Source: Diplonema japonicum (lineage: Eukaryota > Protista > Euglenozoa: Diplonemea). From it: a stretch of DNA of 64,000 nucleotides. The stretch covers positions 248,001 to 312,000 of the forward strand of contig OZ025657.1 of assembly GCA_964019335.1 (NCBI GenBank). Reading direction: 5' to 3'. Positions within the stretch are counted from its first letter, which is position 1, and every line of letters begins with the position of its first letter. Positions 1 through 10,117 of the stretch are shown here, one piece after another. The translations under genes and the position numbers were made by a program. Under the pieces are notes generated by a model. That model ran no database searches. It was not told the origin of the DNA and worked only from the letters and a program-made list of their open reading frames with translations.

Positions 1-212
1 GTTGTCTGCAAGAGATGCGACGGTGTGACTAGTATTACCCTCTCGGACGTTTTCTTGAACTTCCTCTCTGCATTCGCCTTATCCACGCTGTGCAGCCCGT
101 AGATGATGCCCTCCGAGAACATCTTCCCCCATCCCGGGTGCGGCTTCACCCTTCGCAGGAGCTCCTTCCGCCTCGCTGACCTTGGCGACATCGGGCTCTC
201 AGGCGCCGGCAT
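1..212 (-). CDS. 5' part of a hypothetical protein with a PH/TH1-like motif; runs off the window
   Basis: ATG at 212, 8 nt after a CAG acceptor. Open frame MPAPESPMSPRSARRKELLRRVKPHPGWGKMFSEGIIYGLHSVDKANAERKFKKTSERVILVTPSHLLQT. The 'K...R-V-I-L-V-T' pattern resembles the repeated modules of the 29037-32381 protein. Confidence 0.6.
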   Translation of the reverse strand, partial: MPAPESPMSPRSARRKELLRRVKPHPGWGKMFSEGIIYGLHSVDKANAERKFKKTSERVILVTPSHLLQT

Positions 213-505
213 CCTCTCACCTGTAGGGCTACATGATTACTGCAGAAAAGAGAAAAGGAATAAGGAATAAGGAATAAGAACTGTATTTCTTTTCCAGAGG
301 GGGGGGAAGGGTTTCTCTGCTATCATCCGTTCTTTTATTTGCGTTTTTTTTTTCCCCCTCTCTCACTCCCCTCCCGTTCTCCCCCGGGGGAAAAAAAAAA
401 ATAGGAAAGTAAAACAAAACAAAAAAAAAAAAGAAATTGGGTCCTCCCTCAGAAGCGACCGGTGAAACAAAGATTGGCACTTGTTTCTTTTCTGTCTGTG
501 TGACT

Positions 506-1936
506 CTATGCTGTTTTGAAAAAGTCAGTCGCTTCAAGAGACTGGACAGCACGGAGACCGGACAGCAAGCAGTCGTTGACACCAATACCAATGGTGCACA
601 TGCCTGCAAGGGAGATGTTGTGGGGGAGAAGGGCTGTGGTGATTTTGTCCATGCGCGCGCGATGGCCTGAGTTGAACTGAGGAATGGCGTGCTTGGTGCA
701 GGTGGTCGTCACTAGGGACTCCTTGAGATCAACGATGATGCCTGCGTACTTCTCCAGCGCAGCAGCGGCGACAACAGGCGCGTCAATGCCCTTTAGCCAT
801 GCTTTTGTCTTCAGCTCACCGCCTATCATCACAGTGATGGCCACTGCTTGCTTTCCCTTGTACTCTACACCCTCATACTGCTGCGGGAAAGTGTAGGAGT
901 CCATAGTCGCACCTAATATCTCACCGTTTGGCACCAGGAACCCGAAGCTCCTCAGCTTCTTCGAGACGGAGACACAATCCTCGTTCCCCATGATGTTCAC
1001 AAGCGTGAGGTCTGCGTGGGGGATCGACCCAAGCAACCCCGGCAGCTCTGCCAACACCGGCTTCTCGGTGCACAGCTTTGACACCAACGGCGACAAGAAA
1101 TAAGGTGCAATGGTGCAGATGATGTGGTCACACTCGATCACCTCGCCGGTCACAAGCCTCACACTGGTCGGGTTCGACCCGAGGCCGACAACAAGCGAGT
1201 TTCTTTTCACTGTCACCTTGTCGCCAAGCCCTTTGAGGAGGGCTGCAGGGAGCGTCTGCATCCCCCTCTTGAAGTTGTACATAGATTTTGTTTGCAGAGC
1301 AGCGATCTCGTCGGTGATGGGTACAGGCGAGGGGGGCTTGTAAAAACCGAAGAAGGACTTCAGGCCGCACCACAACAGGCTTCCACAGTTTTCTTCCATG
1401 GCAGCAATGGCGGGGAAGGCGTCAGCGACAGAGAGACGCGATGCGTCACCCGCAAACACGCCGCCCACCACACACTGGGACACGACCTGCATCGACTCGC
1501 CGAACTTTCTTTTGAAGAATTCAGAAATGGTCTCCGTAGACCTGTCAGCAGCGGCAGGCGTCCAGTTCATGAACTCCAAGAACAGCTGCCGGAGCCCGAT
1601 CCTGCGGAGTACCCACCACAAGGTCACTTGCTGCAGAGAGTCGTCAATGTAGATAAACCGTTTCGCAGCTGACCGCTCAGCGGGGATGAGCTCGTTCTTT
1701 ATCCCCAGCTCGCATGCTAGCTGCAGGGTGTACCCTCCTGGCCCTGAGCTCTTAAACGCCCTTGGCCCCTGCTCCGACAGCATCACCCCTTCGGTCGTTT
1801 TCAGCCACCCCCCGATTCTGTTCTCCTTTTCCAGCAACACTACCTGCACATCCCCATCCCCATGCCGCTTCACAAGCTCGTAAGAGGCAGCTAATCCGCA
1901 AGGGCCCCCGCCAATCACAACAACCTTCTTTACCAT
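506..1936 (-). CDS. PPOX: Protoporphyrinogen oxidase (HemY/PPOX-type FAD enzyme)
   Basis: True start MVKKVVVIGGGPCGL at 1936. Motifs GxGxxG, LLEKENRIGGW, EQGPRAF, GVFAGDASRLS, FGFLVP, AIPQF..GH, and GIGVNDC. Confidence 0.9.
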   Translation of the reverse strand: MVKKVVVIGGGPCGLAASYELVKRHGDGDVQVVLLEKENRIGGWLKTTEGVMLSEQGPRAFKSSGPGGYTLQLACELGIKNELIPAERSAAKRFIYIDDSLQQVTLWWVLRRIGLRQLFLEFMNWTPAAADRSTETISEFFKRKFGESMQVVSQCVVGGVFAGDASRLSVADAFPAIAAMEENCGSLLWCGLKSFFGFYKPPSPVPITDEIAALQTKSMYNFKRGMQTLPAALLKGLGDKVTVKRNSLVVGLGSNPTSVRLVTGEVIECDHIICTIAPYFLSPLVSKLCTEKPVLAELPGLLGSIPHADLTLVNIMGNEDCVSVSKKLRSFGFLVPNGEILGATMDSYTFPQQYEGVEYKGKQAVAITVMIGGELKTKAWLKGIDAPVVAAAALEKYAGIIVDLKESLVTTTCTKHAIPQFNSGHRARMDKITTALLPHNISLAGMCTIGIGVNDCLLSGLRAVQSLEATDFFKTA

Positions 1937-2078
1937 TTCTTTCTTTTTTTTTTTTATACCACGCTTTTTTTTTTTTTTTTGCACCCCGGAGGTTCCTATT
2001 CTCGACAAAAAAATAAAAATAAAAAAATGGAAGATGGGCCGAAAGGTGCCATCGGTGTGACAACAGTAGTTAGTGCGC

Positions 2079-2873
2079 TTAATACGCAAAACTTGCGGCG
2101 GGTGTGAAATGGTTAGTAGCATTGTAGATAGAAGGTGAAGGGCGGGCGCTTTGGGGTTGCTGTTTGGGTGCAACGCCAGGAGGCGTCCCGGGGCGAGGCA
2201 CGAAGGGCTGGGGGGTGTTCGGTGGCGAAGAAGCGTTCCATGGCTTTGGCTTGTTGGGGGTAGTGGTGGTGGTAGTCGCAGGTATTGGTGTGGCTGCCTG
2301 TTGTCTGCAGTCCCGAAGCGACTCGTTAAGCGTTTCAACACCCTTGTCCAACACAGCAAGCCTAGTGAGCAACGACCCATACTGCTGCTGTGTCTCCCAC
2401 TGGTATCTGAGAAGATTGCTCTGAACCTGCAACATATTCTGCTGGTTTGCAACGGTGCCCTTGAGTCCTTCATCTTCTTTCACCTTGAAGGCTTCTTTGA
2501 TGTCAATAATGCTTGCACGACTTTCAAGAGCAACTGTTTCAAGGGATCTGATGGAATCCTCGAGACACTTGATAGATGCAGCGTTTGAGGGTTCAGCAAC
2601 TTCAGGAAAAGGATCGATGCCACGCTCCACACTCTGAATGGTAGCTTCTTGCAATGTCTGTGTCCCTGTGTTCACCACAGGGGGTGGTGGTGGTGGTGGT
2701 GGTATAGATACTGATGCATCACATGGGGGACATGCGGCTGCTTCGTTGACACCTTCACCGCAGTCCACCTCCATTGCCTCTGAATCTTCACATTTCTTCT
2801 TTGCGTTCTTCTCGTCCTTCTTCTTCTCTTCCCTGGCCCTTTTGCACGCCTCTTTTTTGCCAGCTTTCGGCAT
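2079..2873 (-). CDS. Hypothetical protein, 264 aa, coiled-coil and Pro-rich
   Basis: Clean ORF with ATG directly after an A25 run. Coding-like composition, no recognisable domain. Confidence 0.7.
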   Translation of the reverse strand: MPKAGKKEACKRAREEKKKDEKNAKKKCEDSEAMEVDCGEGVNEAAACPPCDASVSIPPPPPPPPVVNTGTQTLQEATIQSVERGIDPFPEVAEPSNAASIKCLEDSIRSLETVALESRASIIDIKEAFKVKEDEGLKGTVANQQNMLQVQSNLLRYQWETQQQYGSLLTRLAVLDKGVETLNESLRDCRQQAATPIPATTTTTTPNKPKPWNASSPPNTPQPFVPRPGTPPGVAPKQQPQSARPSPSIYNATNHFTPAASFAY

Positions 2874-3112
2874 TTTTTTTTTTTTTTTTTTTTTTTTTCC
2901 AAATGCGGATGTGTAAATAAAAAACCTTTTTTATTTATTTTTTGTGTTTTCAAACTTGCTTCAAAATGAAACAAAAAAAAGGAACAAAGAAAAAAAGAAG
3001 AAAAAAACTCGATAAGCTTTTCAGTGTGCATGGGGTGGGGGGTGCTCCTGCTGTAAAAAAAAAAAAAAAAAGAAAACAAAAAAAATCTCGAGGAAACTGC
3101 TCCCTTTCTAAG

Positions 3113-5012
3113 TTAAACTTTCTCGTTTTTTCTAAATCTTTCGTTCGAATTTTGCCTCGGGGTTTCGGAGCAGAAATACATGCAGGTTGGTGAGCTCAAG
3201 AACGCCTCCTTTCGCAAGCTGTGTTGTTCTAACCTTCTACTTTCTTGGCATACCAAAACACCACTAGTTCCTCCGTCTGTGTGGATAAGCTTGTCGAGAG
3301 GGAATATCCGTTCCGGCGAAAAGAAGGGATGCTTGAGCGCCTGTGGGTGAAAAAATAAAATCTTTTTTAATTCCTTTATCTCACACACTTCTTCAGCCGT
3401 GATCCGTGCATCAGGGTCCCAGTAGAGGAGCCTTTCGATGAGGCTGTGGCCGAGCGCGTCGCTTTTAAACCGCTGCGACATCATTTTAGGTAGCGCCCGA
3501 TCCTCAAATGAGACCTTCCGCAATTCGCAGCGTTCGAAGGCCGACTTCGTATTAGGGTCCTCGTACAGGGACTTCCACAAGATCTGAGGTTCAGGGGAGT
3601 CGATGGAGGGCGAGCCCAACACCTGTGCCATGCTGCGCAAGATCTCTCTATCGCTGATACCCTTGAAGAGGGACTGCCCGCCCATCAGCTTCCACAAGAG
3701 CACACCGTAGCCCCACATGTCAAGCGACCCGCGGTGCTTCACTGTTCCAAAGATAACCTCAGGTGGCCTGTACGACGGTGTGCATATGGTGGGTGTCCTT
3801 GCGCTGTCGTTCTGTGCGTTGATGAAACCGAAATCGCAGAGCTTCACCACACCATCGCTGCCGAGCAGGATGTTCGACGGTTTCAGGTCCCGGTGCACTA
3901 GCCCTATGCTGTGCAGATACGCAATCCCCGTCAGTGCTTGCCATGCAAGCGATCTTGCGGTCTTTGCCTCCAAACCACCTTTCGTCACCGCTGCCGAGAT
4001 CACTCCCGACAGGTCGTTCGCCACCCACTCAAACGTTGCGTACACATGCCCATTGATACCCGCCACAGTGTGCATCAGTCTCACAATATGTGGACTCTCC
4101 TGCGCCAGGCACGCCAGCGTTGAGAGCTCCCTCAATGTCGTGGTTTGCAAACCCCTCCGCCTCTCTGCTTCTTTGTCGGAGTCTTTCTCATCTCGTATCC
4201 TTTTCACAGCGTAGTACGTCCCTGTGGTGAGGTTCTCCCCGCGGTGCACTTCTCCGTAGGTGCCTTCACCCGCCTTGTGGATGAGACGCAGCACAACACC
4301 AGGGTTCACAAGCAGGCCTGCCGCTTTGAGCTCAATGCGACGTCGCTTTGCAGTTCGGGAGACAAATACCTCTCTTGTGGCGGAGTTGGTAGGCCCTCCG
4401 CATGTTAGGTTGGAGAGTAGAGAAGAGTAGCTGGCAGAAGGTGTAATGGGGTGAAGGGGTTCGTGAGAACTAGGGAGAACCCAGTCCGGTGAAGGAGTAA
4501 CAACACGCACCGCAGCGGAAGAAACCCAGAAAGACTTTCCCTGCGGAGTCTGCACCTGCACCGACTCGATGGCATAGAGGCCCGGCTTCGCTGCATCCAC
4601 GATCCGCTGGGATGCGAACTGAAAAACAAACTTCGGGGCGTACCGCCCCCGCCTCTCCTCCCTTCTCTCCTCGTCCTGCAGCACGTGCTTGTCCCATACC
4701 CGTTTCCTATTCAAGTTTAGAGCCCATGAAGGTATCATAGCTTTCTCTCCAGATTCCAAATACACCCTGACCAGATCACTCTCCTTATGTCGGATAAGAT
4801 TCACAACCTTCCCCACCTTACCAACCGCTTCAATAGACTCCTCCCACCACCACGGCTCAGAGCCGATATCGACCACCGTCACCAGCATTCCTACTTCTAA
4901 GCTTTTCGCGTCTTCACCCACCATGTTCTGTGATAATGCTCCCCATGCACGACTGCCTGTGGTGGGGTGGCGGGTGTAGTACATCATGACACAGCTGTTT
5001 GTGTACACTTTG
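3113..5012 (-). CDS. Cyclin-dependent kinase (CDK9/11/12-like); possibly the 3' exons of a larger gene starting at 7211
   Basis: [22 protein letters not shown] (PITxxRE-like helix), [19 protein letters not shown]. An in-frame 48-nt intron at 3341-3388 (GTGTGT...CACAG) restores RITAEE|ALKHPFF. Confidence 0.88.
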
Positions 5013-5052
5013 CTATTAAAAGTCGCTGACTTTACTTGATACCAATCACATG

Positions 5053-7211
5053 TTACCTCTTACGATCGCGGGATCGGCTCCTGTACGTGCTGTTGCTTCA
5101 GTGAGGTGCATACCTGTCGGAGGATGATGATGATGAGGAAGAGGAGTAGGAAGAGGAAGAAGATGAGGAAGAAGAAGAGGAGGGTGTGCGCCTTCTACGC
5201 GCAGGACGCCTTTCTCTGTAGTTCTCTCTTCTATCTCTTCGGTCACGGTAATCCCTTCTGTCCCGGTCTCTCCGGTCCCTGTTGTCTCTTCTATCTCTGT
5301 CTCTGTAGTCCCTTCTGTCCCTGTCTCTTCTGTCTCTGTCTCTGTCCCTGTCCCTATCCCTTCTGTCCCTGTCTATGTCTCTGTCTCTGCCCCTGCCACT
5401 ATCTCTTCTGTCCCTGTCCCTGTCCCTTCTGTCACGATCACGGTAGTCTCTCCTATCTCTGCTGTCTCTCCTGTCCTTGTCCAATCTCTTCTCTCCAACA
5501 TCTTTTTCTTTCTTCTCCTTTTCGTCGACCACGCCTGCGATCAGCTTGTCGGCTTCTTCCTTATTCTTCTTATCCTCCTCGTCTTCACTCTCCGACTCTG
5601 CTGCGGCGAAGCCAGGCTGTGAAGATGACGTGTTTGTACCAAGAAAACAAAACATACATTGCAGGCCATACGCCTGTTCGCGGTTGCGTTCAACGAGAAC
5701 GCAATAATAGCAGGCTTGTCGTCCGGCTGAGGTGGGAAGAAGTTATTGATTACCAGATAGCATACCATTGGAATCGGCTGTGTGGGAGTGTTGTCGATGA
5801 CGAGGCGCTTCAGCGTAGGGCCCTGCGGTGCTTCTTGCGGCTGAGCAACCGCAGCAGGTGTGGAGGCAGGTGTGGGTGCTGGGTTTTCAGCAACTGGTGC
5901 TTGAACAGGGGGGATGAACCCTGCGGGCGGCATCCCGTACATCCCTTGTTGCCCCATCGGGTGCATGTAAGGATAAGGGTACGCTGCATCGGGGTACGGT
6001 TGTTGCAGTGGTGGGGGCGGGGGCGGGGGTGGTGATTCCTCCTCAGGTTCAGGTGTCTTCGTGGCCTCTTCTATGATCTTGTCTACAGCATCATCATCAC
6101 TGTCCTCTTCGTCACCAAGTAGCACATCGACTTCGCCAGCTTGTCTCGAGGGGTACCCTGTTAGGATGGGCGCTGCAGCACGCGACTCAGGCTTTGGTTT
6201 GTATACATGCTTGATGATGATGATGGGGCTGCCAGATGCATCGTACCCATCCTCTTTTTTAACCCATACGCACCCGTTGTTGGATAGCTTAGCACCCCAT
6301 TCGGGTGTTGGGAATTCCGGAGGGGGGGGAGGGCCGTCCCCGGCAGGTACGAGCTCTCCTTCAATGAGTTTTGAACGGCGTTCTGTCCATGTGAGGACGT
6401 GGCTGCCAGCCTCGTCTTTGGCAAGCTTGATGGTGTAGGCGCCCGTCTTGCCGTAGTACCATCTGCCGGCGAGCTCTTTAAGGTCTTCTTCTATATCATC
6501 GGTGATGTCTATCTTGGGCATCGGCCTTCCGAACTTCAGGAAGTACCTTGCTTCGTCACAGAGATCGTCGTCGACGTCGCCGTTCCGGAATTTTCTCAGG
6601 AAGGAGTTGAGTTTCGATGACCCGTATTTTTTCCAGATTTCTCGTTGCTCCTCGACCTTGCTCCAGATGCGCTGCACGGTTTCGGCGGTGAGACCACCAA
6701 GTTGCTCCATCGTGGGGATCGACTTCTTCAGCTCTTCGTAGTCTTCCTTCGCTTTTCTTTTAGCTGCTTCTCGTTGCTTTTTGAGATGTTCCCGGTCTTT
6801 TTTCGATTGAAGTGAAGGGCGTTTCGGGTTGTGTTGTTCTGAGTTGGAATCTTCGCGCGAAGCGTGTCGCCGCCGTCTCCTGTCGGAGTCGTCGTCCGAA
6901 CGGCTTCTCCGCCTTCTCCTTTCCCTCCTCCCTTTCTTTTTGATATCCTCGATGTCGAGAGTTCCCACAATAACTGTCACGACTGCCCTTGTCGATCCTG
7001 TCAGGTGGTCCTTTAAATAGTCCGCCAGCTCATCTGCGAGTCCTGTGCTGTCAACTACACCTGCTTCTCCTACATGCTTGCTTTTCATTAAGACCTTCGC
7101 AATGTACCCAAACAGCCATTCTGGGTTTTTGTGACGCATGACACCATCATCATCGCGAAGTGTCCTTGCCACCCACCTTTCAAGCTTCTCCTGTGGTACA
7201 GGAAGCGACAT
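5053..7211 (-). CDS. PWI-like domain protein with Pro-rich and RD/RS-repeat regions (splicing-factor-like)
   Basis: N-terminal helical segment LERWVARTL...[12 protein letters not shown]...[24 protein letters not shown] resembles PWI. Introns 5617-5657 and 5081-5113 join the ORFs in frame to ...[11 protein letters not shown] (TAA 5053-5055). Confidence 0.7.
5200..5480 (-). repeat. Coding RD/RRD low-complexity repeat ((AGAGAC/AGGGAC)n)
   Basis: Tandem TCTCTG/TCCCTG units on the + strand encode RDRDRR repeats. Confidence 0.85.
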
Positions 7212-7280
7212 GCTCCCTGTGGTACTGTGGGTGGTATTGACGAAAGGGGTGGGGGGGGGGTGGTTTTTTTTTAATTCTTT

Positions 7281-7692
7281 TTAACCCTTAAAGGACGGGA
7301 ACTGATAATTCAGCTGAACAACTTTGTGGATTTTCTACATTCAAAAGCGTTTCTTCAGACGGGAAGAAAAACTCGTGCACCACGAAGGTGCCACAGGACC
7401 ACAGGAGAAGGACGAGTTTTGGGATTTTCGGGGCATCCTTCTCAGCCATCAAGACGAAAAAGATTCTACTCTTTCTGTAGTTTGCAACATGCTGAAGATT
7501 ACTTTTGAAACGGTTTTCATCTTTTTATGGACATCGTCAAAAAAAGGCGAAGCCTCAAAGATTACCGGCCCATTGATCCTGGCTTTGCCACTCTTTTCTC
7601 CTTATCTCATGACGCTCGGCTGGTTTAAATTTTTGAAAAACTTGATTTTTTCCGGTTTTCTAGGTGGTTTCACCCGTCCTTTTAAAGGTTGA
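7281..7692. mobile_element. Non-autonomous piggyBac-like element (MITE), ~404 bp
   Basis: Left end TTAA|CCCTTAAAGGACGGG (7281-7299) and right end CCCGTCCTTTTAAAGG|TTGA (7673-7692). This is an imperfect 15-16 bp TIR with a TTAA target site (right copy decayed). Confidence 0.65.
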
Positions 7693-8106
7693 AAAAAAAA
7701 GAAAGAAAAAGAGAGGAGGAAATGGACAAGTTACCTAAATAAAGAGATTCTTTTTTTTTTTTTTCTTAAAAGTACATTTCTTTCTTTTTTTTTTGAAAAG
7801 AAAAGGATAAACAAAAAAAGGGAAGACATTGAGGGAAAAAAAAAGGGGGGGAAGGAGAGAATTTTTTTTTCCTTTTTAAATACAACAGGCTGTAATGAAC
7901 GGGAGGAAGAAAGAAAGGTACAAAACATGAATTTAAATAATTTAAAGACTACGTGTGGGGGGGGGGGGGGGGGATAAGAATAGACAAGTTAATTCTTCTT
8001 TGTTTTGTGTCGCAATACGGGTTACAAACTTTAATAAGAGCTAATTTGTAACGCATAATTCTTTTTTTTTTTTTTTTTTTTTCATTTTTTCATCGTAAAT
8101 AACATT

Positions 8107-9069
8107 CTAAAGGAAGTGCTCTGGGATCGGAGGTGGTGACTCGTACCGAGGATACTGTTCATGTTGGGGAGGCGCACATGGGTTATTTTTCATCAACGCT
8201 TCTTGAAAGAGAATCTTTGCAAGCTGCTCCACCTTCTCAGTCTCATTCTTCGCTTTAGGCGGCGTGCAACCAAGAACGGTGGCGAGCTTATGAAGCGCAG
8301 TTTGCACATCCGAAGGAGGTGGTATAGTAGCAGACATCGTCCGCACATCTTCATCAGTCATGTCAACTACGACAGAAGGCTCCTGCGGTGTGAGCCGTGG
8401 GAAAGATGTCAAACTCGTCCTGACATCCATCTCAGAAGGGTACGTTATTGGGTCGGGCAAAGACTCAGAGACGGCCATGGTCTCAGGTTGTTCCATGGTT
8501 GAGCCTAAAAAAGATTTAACTGCTGCGGAGTCGGCAGCTGCAGCAGCAGCCATTGCCACCTCTGATCCAACCCCAGTATAAGCTGACGACAATGGACACA
8601 TAAAAGGAAACTCATCGATTCCATAATCTGGCTCCGGAAGTATCACCTCTGTCACGACAGGAAGATCAGGCACCATAGGTTCCAGTACTACATCGGCTGT
8701 CTCGTACATGACAGGGAGAAGAGGAGCGGTGGGTGCTACTGAGGGGAGAACAACTTGTTGAACAGGCGGTGGGGGGGACGGAAGAATAGGCTGATTCACC
8801 GGACGTGCCCGCGGGGGGGATATCGACCTCAAACCTGTAAGAGGGCTGTTCCACACCGCGTCGCCTACATGGACACTGCTTCCCATCGCACTGTTGAAAA
8901 CAGGGTTTTGCGGATAGCTCCCCAACACAGGGCTCACAGGCGCTTGCGAGGTGAACTGTACAAATTCTCTTGCCTCTTCTGCCGCTGCAACTGCGCGCTG
9001 TTCAGCCAGCAATGCCGCAGCTAGCTGTGCCTCTGCTTCTTCTACCGATGGTATTATTGGTATTTCCAT
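8107..9069 (-). CDS. Hypothetical Pro/Val-rich protein, 320 aa
   Basis: Intact ORF after an A-rich leader; no known domain. Confidence 0.7.
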   Translation of the reverse strand: MEIPIIPSVEEAEAQLAAALLAEQRAVAAAEEAREFVQFTSQAPVSPVLGSYPQNPVFNSAMGSSVHVGDAVWNSPLTGLRSISPPRARPVNQPILPSPPPPVQQVVLPSVAPTAPLLPVMYETADVVLEPMVPDLPVVTEVILPEPDYGIDEFPFMCPLSSAYTGVGSEVAMAAAAAADSAAVKSFLGSTMEQPETMAVSESLPDPITYPSEMDVRTSLTSFPRLTPQEPSVVVDMTDEDVRTMSATIPPPSDVQTALHKLATVLGCTPPKAKNETEKVEQLAKILFQEALMKNNPCAPPQHEQYPRYESPPPIPEHFL

Positions 9070-10035
9070 ATTTCTTTTTTTTTTTTTTTTTTCCTTTTGA
9101 AATATATTTTCTTTTTTCTTTTTATTCTGGATTTACCCCAACCCCTCTTTCAAGGGTTTCTTTTTGTTGTTGTGGATAAGAGGGGGGGGGGGGGGGGGGG
9201 GGATAAGAAAACCAAAAGGAAAAGGAGAAGTACAGAAGAAAAAAAAAAAGGTAAATAAATAAAACGAGAAAAAAAAAAGAAACTAGTCTGTAACCCAAAT
9301 GTCTGACTTCAGCCTCGGCGAGCAGAGCTCCAAAACAGCACTGCCTTCAAACTAGACTCACGGGAGAAGTGTATTTTCTTTTTCACTAGTAATAAATATA
9401 GTTTTGGTTTTTTCGCCAGTAAACGCCGATTGGAGGATCTCAATTGTTCAAAAAAAAGGGGAGCGGGGGGAAGAATTAAAAGAAATCAAAAAAAAAGCAA
9501 GATATAAAATTTACCAGTCTCACATCCCCCATTATTAACATCCTCACCCCATTCTTTTAAAACTGTTGAGAAATACAGGGAGGGGGGGGAGAAAAAATGA
9601 AAAGGAAACTTTAAAGTACCTTATCCTTATTACCTCTGTGCTAGCACTAAAGAGAGAAACAAAGGGGGGAAAGTAGGCGTGCATGAAGTGCAGTGCAGCT
9701 TGAGAACCTTTCAACCCCTCCATTGAAGCTTCTCTACTATATTCTCAGTGTCTTCACCCCAAAAAGAACCGCAAAAAAAGGCAAATACTAGAAAGAGAGG
9801 GAGAAAAAAAAAGAGGGTGGGCCGCTGTTTAATACGTGCTGGGTAGAAACCATGCCCCCCCCCCCCCCCCCCCAACTCTTTTTCTGTTTAGACTTGCAAA
9901 AGAATAAAGGGAGCTGGGCCATTTCTTTTTCTCTTTCTCTTCAATGTCCACAATACGGAAGTATAGAATTACAGATCCCCCACCCTTAATTTCATTTTAT
10001 TCTTCTCCCCCCCCCCCCCCCCTTTCCCCCCATAG

Positions 10036-10084
10036 TTACCGCTTAGGAGCTGAAGAAGCCCTCAACGCAGAGATACGCCTGTTT

Positions 10085-10117
<33 letters not shown>

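Noticed and set aside
1937-2473. N-terminal 180 aa of the 655-aa ORF 506..2473
   Set aside because: It overlaps the 2079-2873 gene in another frame and crosses a poly-A leader. The FAD-binding motif starts at M1936.
5106-6035. Plus-strand Cys-rich 309-aa ORF (metallothionein-like appearance)
   Set aside because: It is the antisense shadow of the RD repeats on the minus strand.
7324-7692. Plus-strand 122-aa ORF
   Set aside because: It lies inside the TIR-bounded MITE and has no transposase motifs.
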